Shown here: one piece after another, positions 55,407 through 64,000 of the stretch | Layout: each line of letters starts with the position of its first letter | Position numbering within the stretch: the stretch's first letter is position 1 | Position numbers and translations under genes: made by a program | From: Candidatus Buchananbacteria bacterium | GTDB lineage: Bacteria > Patescibacteriota > Patescibacteriia > 2-01-FULL-39-33 > JBAYJR01 | Direction of reading: 5' to 3' | Assembly (NCBI GenBank): GCA_041665005.1 | Contig: JBAYJR010000005.1 | Coordinates: forward strand, 16,312-80,311 | DNA length: 64,000 bases | Notes under the pieces: generated by a model | What the model was told of the DNA's origin: nothing | Databases searched by the model: none | What the model saw: the letters and a program-made list of their open reading frames with translations, nothing else

Positions 55407-56408
55407 TTACGGCTGTAAAATATCTTCGGAACGGCCGTTGATGGAAATAACAACAGATTTAATAGTCGGAAATTGTAATAAAGTTTGAGTAATTTGCCCA
55501 CGAATATTCGCCACGCGACAAGAACCACCAACTTGAAAATCTAACTGATCACTAAAATCTGCCTTAGCTACGCCTTGATCGGTAATTTCTATTTTTTGTA
55601 ACTTAGTTGCACTAGGAATATTAGTAAAATACCCTGCCGTCTTTTCCTCGGCGGTAATCCCCTTTAGTAATTCCGTAATCGCCGCTTTAGCGGTGGCAAC
55701 AGTATAAGGAATAACGCGTTCGACGGCAAAAACTTTTTGACAATCCAGCATTTCCGAATCCTTGATAGTATTAGCAAAAAATATTTTGACGGTTAAATCT
55801 TGTGGAACAATGTTTGGTACAATCGTAACCGGCAGACTAAAAGTTTGATCATTTTGTGGTAAGCCAGAAGGATTGTCTTTACTAAAGACTAACAGGCCAG
55901 TAGTAGTAGTGGTAACTTTAAATTCTATGGCGCCCTTAAACCGGACATAGCCAGTTTGCATCCAATCATCTATCGCCTGCACATAGCTTTGAGCCAGCAC
56001 TTGATTATTTTGACCAATTAGTTTAACCGGAAAAGAACCTTCAAAAAACCACGAGCCCAAGGCCCGGCCAGTTAAGTTTAGCGGACTGCTAATTGAATCG
56101 TTGGCTTTTAGGCCGTCTAAAATTACCGGCAAATCTTCTACAAAAGTTTTATCTTCAAAACGACACTGGCGCGGATAAGTTTCCATCACCGGCAAACCTA
56201 GCGCCGCACATTCGGTAAAATTTGTTACCGCTTTGACCTCGCCACAACCAGTTAGGGGTGGCGTAGCATTTGGCTTACCATGTTTAACCCAGGCACCATT
56301 TTGACACAACCAAGTATCTTCATCACCGCTAAGTAGCCGTAAACCGATGATGATTAAAATTAAAATAATTAAAATTGTAACCAAACCAATAAACCAAGAT
56401 TTTTTCAT
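55407..56408 (-). CDS. Membrane-anchored Gmad2 Ig-like + GerMN domain protein
   Basis: N-terminal TM; GRALGSWFFEGSFPV, KDNPSGLP, ELLKG, GGSCRV..I..QI..TL.QF. Confidence 0.85.
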   Translation of the reverse strand: MKKSWFIGLVTILIILILIIIGLRLLSGDEDTWLCQNGAWVKHGKPNATPPLTGCGEVKAVTNFTECAALGLPVMETYPRQCRFEDKTFVEDLPVILDGLKANDSISSPLNLTGRALGSWFFEGSFPVKLIGQNNQVLAQSYVQAIDDWMQTGYVRFKGAIEFKVTTTTTGLLVFSKDNPSGLPQNDQTFSLPVTIVPNIVPQDLTVKIFFANTIKDSEMLDCQKVFAVERVIPYTVATAKAAITELLKGITAEEKTAGYFTNIPSATKLQKIEITDQGVAKADFSDQLDFQVGGSCRVANIRGQITQTLLQFPTIKSVVISINGRSEDILQP

Positions 56409-56417
56409 AAAAAAATA

Positions 56418-57245
56418 TTAATCTAACTTAATTTTGTTATCCCCATACAATAAATAATCTTTATTATCTTCGGTTAATAGTTTGATCGGCTGTGTTTCAG
56501 TAATCATTTGTCCGCCCAATTTATCGTAACCTTTCACATCCACTTTTCCTTTATTACCCAAATAGACAGCCAGAACATCTAAATTCCAACTGTGGCCAAC
56601 GGCGCCAATAATTACTTCTCTATCTGGTAAAAATTTATGGACAAAGTCACTCAATCTTTTGATACCTTGTAATTGTTTTTCCGCTATTTCCTGAGGCTTA
56701 GGGCCCACTAAATTGTCTAGCTGGCCTTGATTGTCTAGCCAGTCACGCAAGGCTGCTTGTTCGTCGTTATTATTCTTTTCTAATAATTTAGCGGCATAAG
56801 CCGTCAAATTACCTTCCTTAGTAAACCAAGTATTATTATTAAGAGCAAATTCTTTTATAAACATTGGAAAATCAATCATTACTTTTTTATCGGCATTATC
56901 CTGAATTTGTTTAACTAACCAATCTACTTTCTTGTTTTGCCCCTCCTTGGTGTCAAAGTCATTTCTATCAAAAACCATCACATCAATAATCCCCTTTTGC
57001 TCCACTAAATCCTTAAGTTCATCGCCATAAACTTCGGCTGTTGATTTGGTTCTAATTTGGTTAGAAACAGCACCCAGCAACATTACCGTGCCGGGTTTTT
57101 CTTGTTGCAAATCAGCCAACAACTCCGTGGCTCGCTCCTTAGCTAATTCCACACCCTTTTCAGAAATTCCCTGATATTTTTGGCTGGGTAAATCCTCGCC
57201 TTTAGGTTTAATGGAGTGTCGCGTCGCAAAAAACTTTTCTGGCAT
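56418..57245 (-). CDS. Histidine phosphatase superfamily-like protein
   Basis: N-terminal TRHS, S.Q.RT..TA, late AVGH. Confidence 0.55.
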   Translation of the reverse strand: MPEKFFATRHSIKPKGEDLPSQKYQGISEKGVELAKERATELLADLQQEKPGTVMLLGAVSNQIRTKSTAEVYGDELKDLVEQKGIIDVMVFDRNDFDTKEGQNKKVDWLVKQIQDNADKKVMIDFPMFIKEFALNNNTWFTKEGNLTAYAAKLLEKNNNDEQAALRDWLDNQGQLDNLVGPKPQEIAEKQLQGIKRLSDFVHKFLPDREVIIGAVGHSWNLDVLAVYLGNKGKVDVKGYDKLGGQMITETQPIKLLTEDNKDYLLYGDNKIKLD

Positions 57246-57271
57246 AAATATTATTTTAAAATCAAATTTGC

Positions 57272-57871
57272 TTAATAATTATTTTTCATCTCTTCTAATT
57301 TTTTGCGGGCGATCTCTTTAAATTGTGGATCAAAAAATGTTTCTAACCCCTTTTCAAGCATTGACCACATTTTATTTTTATCCGGGAAGGATTTTTCCAT
57401 TTTTCTTAACCGTTCTAAATTATACCGATCCATGCAATCAATATCGTGAAATATCCTCTTATTTTGAGTATTGTATACTCTTGACACATCAGTCCCCTCA
57501 AGCTGATCGGAATCATGCATACTAATAATATCAATAATTTCTTCAATCTTATTTTTATCATATTCAATTGACTCTAGTAGGTCCTTGGCTATTTTTGCTC
57601 CAGCCAGCATATGCACCAACTTTCCGTTAGCTACTCGTTCTCCACCAGTAATATATTTAAAATGTTCCGGCAAAATAGCAGAATGGCCAATATCATGCAT
57701 AATTGCCACTGGTGTTAAAATATCTAAATCAATATCTTTATTACCACAATTGATTACGAATTCTGCCACTTCCACAGCATGGGTGTCATCACCTGGCCGA
57801 CCCTGCTGTAAAATTGGCAAACATTTATCCCATAATTTTTGGTATTTTTCTGGAAGATTTTTTATTTCCAT
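57272..57871 (-). CDS. HD-domain phosphohydrolase
   Basis: DTH...MHDIGH...H...HD...D..D metal ligands. Confidence 0.85.
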   Translation of the reverse strand: MEIKNLPEKYQKLWDKCLPILQQGRPGDDTHAVEVAEFVINCGNKDIDLDILTPVAIMHDIGHSAILPEHFKYITGGERVANGKLVHMLAGAKIAKDLLESIEYDKNKIEEIIDIISMHDSDQLEGTDVSRVYNTQNKRIFHDIDCMDRYNLERLRKMEKSFPDKNKMWSMLEKGLETFFDPQFKEIARKKLEEMKNNY

Positions 57872-57881
57872 ATTTTTATAA

Positions 57882-60800
57882 TTATTTATTAATAATTCTA
57901 ACTATCCCCTTGCCGCCATCTACTTCTACTAGATCCCCATCATGCAAAACTTTAGTGGCAATTTTAGTCCCAATCACACAAGGAATGCCCAATTCGCGGG
58001 AAATAATTGCCGCATGAGAAGTTATTCCTCCCTCATCCGTAATAACAGCGACCGCTTTTTTCATTAGAGGAACAAACTCCGGCCGAGTCATACCCGTTAC
58101 CAATATTTCACCAGTTTTAAAATTATCAAATTCCATCTTTTTTAGAATAATTTTAATTTTACCTCGGGCTTGCCCAGCCGAGGCTCCCTCGCCTTTAATT
58201 ATATCCTCATCCTTATCTGGATCTGCTGTAGCATTTTGAGCCAAAAGTCTTTGGTCTAAAACCTTAAGCTCCTTTGGTGATTCACCAATTTTTTCTTCAT
58301 ATTCATCATGACCAAAATAAATTACCGATACCTCTTCCGCCCGGGCCATAATTTGAGATCTGTGATCTAAAATATACTGTTTGCCTTTCAAAACCTCGGG
58401 GATAAAAGAAAGCGTAACTAGCGCTTGATCAATTCCCCACCGTCGATAAAGATCCTTAGTAATATCAAAAATTAACGCATCACCCTTATTAATAGCTACC
58501 TTCCGATCATCTCTAAGAAAACCAGACCAATCAATAAATTCCAGGATTTGACGTTCCAATTTATTTAAATTGCGTGCTTGTTTGATCTTTATTTTTTTAT
58601 TCTCCAACATCACCTTTTTGCTAGCCGCTAATTTAGTGGAGGCGGCCTTAATATCAATTGACTTGATAGTGGTTTTTATTTCATCCAGCGATGGAACATG
58701 GGTATAGTTGGTATAAATATATTGCAATTTACTAAGATCGCCCTGATTTTTAACAGTAGCAATAATCTCCTCGTTGTTATGCTGTTCAAATGATAAAAAA
58801 TCTAAAATCTGCGAGGCTGCCCAAATTTTATCGAGATCAACTCTTAATTTTTTTTGTTTCAAAGTCTCACTAATAATTCGCTGATCTAAAGTGTCTAAAA
58901 ATAGAGTTTGGGCCACCAATTCTTTTAGACAGCCGTAGACGTTTTTAAGTTCAAAAAGTAAACCATCTTCAGTGATAAATTTTTTGGCAAAATACGAATC
59001 ATAAGACTTATTAATTGCCTGATTAAGTAGCTGATAGCTCCTCATGGCCTTTTTAATAGTAAATTTACCCTTCAAAAACTGCGAAAAAACTATCTTAGGA
59101 ACACCATTGTATTTAGTAAAACTTACATAAGCTCTAACAAAGGCTCCTTTTTTATGACAAAAATAGGGATAAATATCTTCACTCAACTTATTATTACTAT
59201 CATAATAATTAAACCAATCCAAAACCACCAACAATGGCAAAAAATCTGCCTCAAAGGTCATCAACTGCTCGTGGCCCTTAAGAGCTAAAAACTTTTGTAC
59301 CAACGAATTAGCCTTGTTATTTTCTTCCTTGCCCTGTTTAGTTTCTAAAATTTTTACTATCCCCTTATTAGCGTCTACTTCCACCAAATCACCATCCTGC
59401 AAAACTTGAGTGGCAATTTTAGTGCCGATAACGCAAGGTTTTTTCATTTCTCTAGCGACAATCGCCGCGTGACAAGTAATCCCGCCCTCATCTGTCACAA
59501 AAGCCGCCGCTTTTTTCATCGCCGGTAGATATTCCGGTCTAGTCATCGGGGAAACCAAAACATCTCCGCTCTCAATTTTAACTAAATCTTTGACAGTAAA
59601 AACAATTTTTGCTTTTCCCTTTATACTGCCTCGATAAGCGATAGTACCAGACACCTCTCCGTTTTTGTTGCTTACCACCGTAGCTGTCAACTGAATATCA
59701 TGTTCAACAAAAAAATTCTTAAACTTCTGACCAGCAAAAACTTGATCGCGATAATAAATATAGCCCAAAGCTCGCTCTTTTAATTGTTTAATAATTTTTT
59801 GATCAACTTTCTGTTTAAAAACTTCTTTTGGCAACAAAAATTTTACCTGATCACCTAGTTTTGAAAAAAGTCTTTTTAGATTAACAATAAACAACTGGTC
59901 TCTTTTGGAAGAATATTTCTCAGTGGCTTCACGCGCCGCTAAGGCTGCCTTACGCAACGATGCGGGTATACTTGTTAATCCCGGTATTACCCATACATAA
60001 GCAATGCCCTCATAAAACCGCAAAAACAATTCATACAAATCTTTTAATTCCTTAATATTTTTTACATACCTCTCTTCATTTAAATAGGGCAGAATATTTT
60101 TTAAGGCGAAATTAAAATCCCTGATAATTTTTTCTACAAATTTTTTATCTTGCGCTTTTTTAGCAATTGCGGCAAACATCCCTTTAATCTCGGCTGGTTC
60201 ATGATAAGTTTCTACCAATTCTTGGGATAAAAATAATTCATTCTCCATCTGGCAACCAAATTTTTGATTAGTTAGTTTTAAAATTTCGCTATAAGCCGCA
60301 ATATGAAACAATGAATATTCACGGCTATGTTCTTTTACTAGAAGCAACTTTTTGTTTTCCTTCTTGCCCTGTTTAATTTCTAATATTTTAACTATTCCCT
60401 GATTAGCATCTACTTCTACCAAATCATTATCTTTTAAAATACTAGTGACAAATTTAGTGCCTACAATACAAGGAATATTAAATTCTCTAGCTACAATAGC
60501 AGCGTGGCTCATCAAACCACCCTCGTCAGTAATAATGGCAGCCGCCTTTCTAATAGCCGGTAATAATTCTGGGCCGGTCGTATCAGAAACTAAAATGTCT
60601 CCTCGCTCCATTTTGCCCAAATATTTTTTAGGATCAAGAGAAAGAGGAATAATTTTAACTCGTCCCTGAGCCTTACCTCGACAAGCCACTACGCCCTTAA
60701 CCTCTGTTTCTGTATAATTACTCTGGAGTAAATTTATTTTTTCTTTAGCCTCTTTTCCGGAAACTATTTTAATACCATTTTCGTAGGTAATATACGAGTA

Positions 60801-62444
60801 TTCATTTCTCGCTGAAACATCGGGAATATCTTTTTCCTTAGACAAACATTTTTTAACTTCTAGCAAGGTCATGGACAATATATCATTTCGGCCAGTCCTT
60901 CTTATTAATTGCAAAAAAACGTTATTAATCAAAGACTCTTCACCCATCAAAGTTTCATTAATAACCTTTCTTAACTCAAATTTCAAATGCTGCATATTAA
61001 TCATATAGTCAGCCAGCCTCCTAATATGCGGAGGGTATTTTTTTAGGCTACCTTTCTTAGCTAAAACTTTTTGCAAGTCCTCTCCTAAAAAAGTTTTTAA
61101 TTCCTGCTCGATTTTTATAAAATAGGTATATTCAGTTATCCTGTAATCTTTTACAAATCTCTCGCCGACTGCAAATAATTTATCCAAAAATAAAATAAAT
61201 TTAGCATCAGATAAAATTCCTAAATTTATTTTGGCAAGCTGTCTAAATTCCCTACCCTCACCTAAAGATCGTTTTTTAAAATTTTCAAAAAAACCTTTCT
61301 GGCTCGCATAAATATAACCAAGTTCTGCTAATTCTTGTTGCCGATTTTCTGAAAGATAAAATATCCATTTACTATCAACTATCGTGACCAAGGGGCCTAA
61401 TTCTCGATAAGCCAAAAAAAAGAAATCTGTCATTAAAACATTGTACTCGGCAAATTTAAAAATTGGCTGATACTGGTTTGCTTCTACCACGGGCTTTTTG
61501 GTCTGTAGTGTAGTAATCGGCCGGCTTTGGACAATATAAAACTTTCCTTTTTCAAAAGCCCATTCAATATCACAAGGGAAGCCATAATGCTTTTCAATTT
61601 GGATAATAATATCGGAAAGCTTAAGAATTTGTTGATTAGTTAGGGTTTGTTTTTTACCTTCGCCTGACGAAATATCACGCCACTCATTGCCGCCCCCATT
61701 AATCCTAAATAAGCCTCTTTCTTGGTGGCTAACATTAATATCAATAATTTTACGGGGCTGCTTTTCTAAGACATAACTATCTGGCGTGATTTGACCGGAC
61801 ACTATCGCCTCACCTAGGCCTAAGCCAGCCTCAATGATCATTTGGTTATAATCTTGAGTAACTGGATGCACCGAAAAAGCAATACCCGATATTTCTGACT
61901 CTACCATTTTTTGTATTACTACAGCTACGGAAATTTTTTGGCCATGCAAGCCCTTTTCAAAACGATAAAAAATCGCCCGCGGGGTAAATAGAGAGGCCCA
62001 ACAACGCTTAACGTTTTCTAAAAGTTTTTTTTCAGTGGTATTAAGAAAACTATCCAGCTGACCTGCCCAAGCGGCGCTAGCCGAATCTTCGGCGGTTGCA
62101 CTGGATCGAACTGCTACATACTTACTGTTCAGCTTTTTAAATTCTTGCATAACCAGCCGCTCAATCGATGGAGGCATCTTAGCCAACAAAATCAAAGCTT
62201 GAATTTTTTCCGAAGCCGCCTCCACTTCGCCAACTTCTTGGTGGTTAACCTTATCCAAAATAGACTCCAATTCTACCTGGAGATGTGTTTGTTTGATAAA
62301 TTCTTCAAAAGCCTGAGCTAAAATTACAAAACCAGGAGGCACCGGAATACCGGCTTGAGTCATTTCACCCAAGGAAGCGCCTTTACCACCGGCAATCGCC
62401 GCGTTATTACGATTTAGTCTTTCAAATTTTTTAATAAAATCCAT
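57882..62444 (-). CDS. PEP/pyruvate-binding (ATP-grasp) protein with three phospho-His swivel domains, PEP-synthase/rifampin phosphotransferase-like
   Basis: GGKGASLGEM, AVRSSATAED, DIEWA, IVQSRPIT; three T-D-E-G-G-x-x-[SC]-HAAI-x-x-RE motifs. Confidence 0.88.
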   Translation of the reverse strand: MDFIKKFERLNRNNAAIAGGKGASLGEMTQAGIPVPPGFVILAQAFEEFIKQTHLQVELESILDKVNHQEVGEVEAASEKIQALILLAKMPPSIERLVMQEFKKLNSKYVAVRSSATAEDSASAAWAGQLDSFLNTTEKKLLENVKRCWASLFTPRAIFYRFEKGLHGQKISVAVVIQKMVESEISGIAFSVHPVTQDYNQMIIEAGLGLGEAIVSGQITPDSYVLEKQPRKIIDINVSHQERGLFRINGGGNEWRDISSGEGKKQTLTNQQILKLSDIIIQIEKHYGFPCDIEWAFEKGKFYIVQSRPITTLQTKKPVVEANQYQPIFKFAEYNVLMTDFFFLAYRELGPLVTIVDSKWIFYLSENRQQELAELGYIYASQKGFFENFKKRSLGEGREFRQLAKINLGILSDAKFILFLDKLFAVGERFVKDYRITEYTYFIKIEQELKTFLGEDLQKVLAKKGSLKKYPPHIRRLADYMINMQHLKFELRKVINETLMGEESLINNVFLQLIRRTGRNDILSMTLLEVKKCLSKEKDIPDVSARNEYSYITYENGIKIVSGKEAKEKINLLQSNYTETEVKGVVACRGKAQGRVKIIPLSLDPKKYLGKMERGDILVSDTTGPELLPAIRKAAAIITDEGGLMSHAAIVAREFNIPCIVGTKFVTSILKDNDLVEVDANQGIVKILEIKQGKKENKKLLLVKEHSREYSLFHIAAYSEILKLTNQKFGCQMENELFLSQELVETYHEPAEIKGMFAAIAKKAQDKKFVEKIIRDFNFALKNILPYLNEERYVKNIKELKDLYELFLRFYEGIAYVWVIPGLTSIPASLRKAALAAREATEKYSSKRDQLFIVNLKRLFSKLGDQVKFLLPKEVFKQKVDQKIIKQLKERALGYIYYRDQVFAGQKFKNFFVEHDIQLTATVVSNKNGEVSGTIAYRGSIKGKAKIVFTVKDLVKIESGDVLVSPMTRPEYLPAMKKAAAFVTDEGGITCHAAIVAREMKKPCVIGTKIATQVLQDGDLVEVDANKGIVKILETKQGKEENNKANSLVQKFLALKGHEQLMTFEADFLPLLVVLDWFNYYDSNNKLSEDIYPYFCHKKGAFVRAYVSFTKYNGVPKIVFSQFLKGKFTIKKAMRSYQLLNQAINKSYDSYFAKKFITEDGLLFELKNVYGCLKELVAQTLFLDTLDQRIISETLKQKKLRVDLDKIWAASQILDFLSFEQHNNEEIIATVKNQGDLSKLQYIYTNYTHVPSLDEIKTTIKSIDIKAASTKLAASKKVMLENKKIKIKQARNLNKLERQILEFIDWSGFLRDDRKVAINKGDALIFDITKDLYRRWGIDQALVTLSFIPEVLKGKQYILDHRSQIMARAEEVSVIYFGHDEYEEKIGESPKELKVLDQRLLAQNATADPDKDEDIIKGEGASAGQARGKIKIILKKMEFDNFKTGEILVTGMTRPEFVPLMKKAVAVITDEGGITSHAAIISRELGIPCVIGTKIATKVLHDGDLVEVDGGKGIVRIINK

Positions 62445-62460
62445 AGTATATTTTTTTATA

Positions 62461-62880
62461 TTATATTGCGACTAACACCGCGCCGATAGTTAAAATTATA
62501 ATGCCAAAAACTTTTAGCCAGGTTAATTTTTCGGCTAGAAATAAAGCGGCAAAAATTAAAACAAACACCACACTTAAACGATCAAGGGCTGCTACACCCG
62601 AAGCTGGGCCTTTTTGTAGAGCATAAAAATAAAACAACCAAGACAGCGCTCCGGCAACACCAGACAAAATAATAAATAGCCAGGCCTTACTATGGATACT
62701 ATTAAATAATTCCCATTTACCAACCACTAAAGAAGTTAAAGTTAAAAATAGTGCCATAATAATTACTCGGACCGTGGTGGCTAAAGTGGAATCAACACTG
62801 CTAACACCAATTTTACCAAAAATAGCCACTAAAGCGGCAAAAATTGCGGAAAACAAAGCGTAAATAATCCATTGGGGCAT
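62461..62880 (-). CDS. Single-repeat EamA family transporter
   Basis: SAIFAALVAIFGKIG, SWLFYFYAL, LDRLSVV. Confidence 0.88.
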   Translation of the reverse strand: MPQWIIYALFSAIFAALVAIFGKIGVSSVDSTLATTVRVIIMALFLTLTSLVVGKWELFNSIHSKAWLFIILSGVAGALSWLFYFYALQKGPASGVAALDRLSVVFVLIFAALFLAEKLTWLKVFGIIILTIGAVLVAI

Positions 62881-62949
62881 ACGAATAGTTTAAAATTGAA
62901 AATGCAAAGTTAAAAATTAACACAAAAGGCAAAATAAAACCATAAACTA

Positions 62950-63507
62950 TTACTGATACTTATTAGCTAACTCCACCGTGGCAAAAATTAAAGTTTTTAA
63001 GCTCTCTAAATTTTTAGCTTCTACAAAACTACCATCTGAATTAAAGGCTTTTTGACCAAAGGCCAGATGTACTTGTGGTTGGGAAACAAATTTAGCATTT
63101 AAACAAGCCAGGATTTGTCGTAAATGAGGTTGCATCCGCACGGTGCCAAATGAACCAGCGCTGGCGCCGAAAAAAGCAACTACTTTATTATTCCAAGCGT
63201 TGGTTTGGCGCGAAGTCCAATCAATTAAATTTTTTAAACCACCAGGAAGAGAATGATTATATTCCGGTGAAGCGATTAAAACCAAATCACTAGCCACAAT
63301 TTGGTCATAAATTTTTTGCACCGCCTCTGGCACTCCAACCGCTTCAATATCTTCGTCAAAAATTGGTAGCTGCAAATCTTTAGGTTTAATTTCTGTTACT
63401 TCAGCTCCAGTTTCTGCTACAATTTTTTCCGCAATTTTTAAGGCTAAATAGTTAGTTGATTTTTCGCGCAAACTACCACAAATTGCTAAAACTTTTAAAT
63501 TAGCCAT
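62950..63507 (-). CDS. NADPH-dependent FMN reductase
   Basis: GSLREKSTN, SPEYNHSLPGGLKNLIDW. Confidence 0.92.
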   Translation of the reverse strand: MANLKVLAICGSLREKSTNYLALKIAEKIVAETGAEVTEIKPKDLQLPIFDEDIEAVGVPEAVQKIYDQIVASDLVLIASPEYNHSLPGGLKNLIDWTSRQTNAWNNKVVAFFGASAGSFGTVRMQPHLRQILACLNAKFVSQPQVHLAFGQKAFNSDGSFVEAKNLESLKTLIFATVELANKYQ

Positions 63508-63508
63508 A

Positions 63509-64000
63509 TCACTTTACAATTAATTTACCTTTCATGCTAGTCTGTCCAGCACCACAGTAGACAGCGCAAAAAAACGGAAACTCCCCAACTTTATTGGCGG
63601 TAAACTCAACCACCACTGGCACGTTTGGTTCTAAGGCTTTATTAATATTATAATCCGGCAAGTAAAAACTGTGCTTAACATCAACACTGGTTACGGTAAT
63701 TTTTACTTGATCACCACGATTAACCGCAATCACCGCTGGTTCAAAAGCAAATCGGCGGGCATTAACCGTAAAAACTCTTAGCTGTGGTGTAGTGCTGGCC
63801 AAGGAGTCGTTGGGTTGATTGGCCAATTTTACTTCGGTGGCCGTAAACAACACTGCTACTACTTTATCATTTTCCCTAACCGGCAAATCATCAGCGGCTA
63901 AAAAATAACCGTCCTTGTTATCTTGACGTAAAATGGCTAAATATTGAGCATTGGGTGTTAGTTCGGCGGTGACAATTTCTACATTTTGACTTTTACCAGT
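63509..64000 (-). CDS. Cupredoxin-domain protein (CuA-like C-terminus; 5' end outside window)
   Basis: Frame open to window edge; FAFEP, DVKHSF, CAVYCGAGQ..M. Confidence 0.8.
   Translation of the reverse strand, partial: TGKSQNVEIVTAELTPNAQYLAILRQDNKDGYFLAADDLPVRENDKVVAVLFTATEVKLANQPNDSLASTTPQLRVFTVNARRFAFEPAVIAVNRGDQVKITVTSVDVKHSFYLPDYNINKALEPNVPVVVEFTANKVGEFPFFCAVYCGAGQTSMKGKLIVK

Noticed and set aside
57882-62444. Annotation as ppsA (PEP synthase)
   Set aside because: Lacks the C-terminal pyruvate-binding barrel (no SIGTNDL-type motif).

Overview
AT-rich bacterial chromosome segment, most likely Patescibacteria/CPR (inferred from gene content, not proven). Most genes lie on the minus strand: holB, glycosyltransferases, pdaD, prsW, a large Cys-rich surface protein, mreB, two tandem gpmI, eno, pgk, a group-3b-like NiFe hydrogenase cluster, transporters, ppdK, rlmN, an SDR, and a 1520-aa PEP-utilising enzyme with three phospho-His domains. 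I see no tRNA, rRNA, CRISPR array or transposase. Three unexplained structures stand out. (1) A distinct class of self-contained expression cassettes (TTGACA-17-TAnnnT promoter, GGAGG Shine-Dalgarno, orphan ORF, hairpin). It includes every credible plus-strand gene and forms two arrays (48.2-50.1 kb, 52.9-55.4 kb), each punctuated by its own identical hairpin repeat, whereas the housekeeping genes I checked lack SD motifs. (2) A five-gene array (39.2-44.5 kb) sharing an N-terminal module fused to different C-terminal domains, one ending in a GC-rich segment resembling a DGR variable region. (3) A catalytically degenerate phosphofructokinase homologue carried in one of the cassettes.
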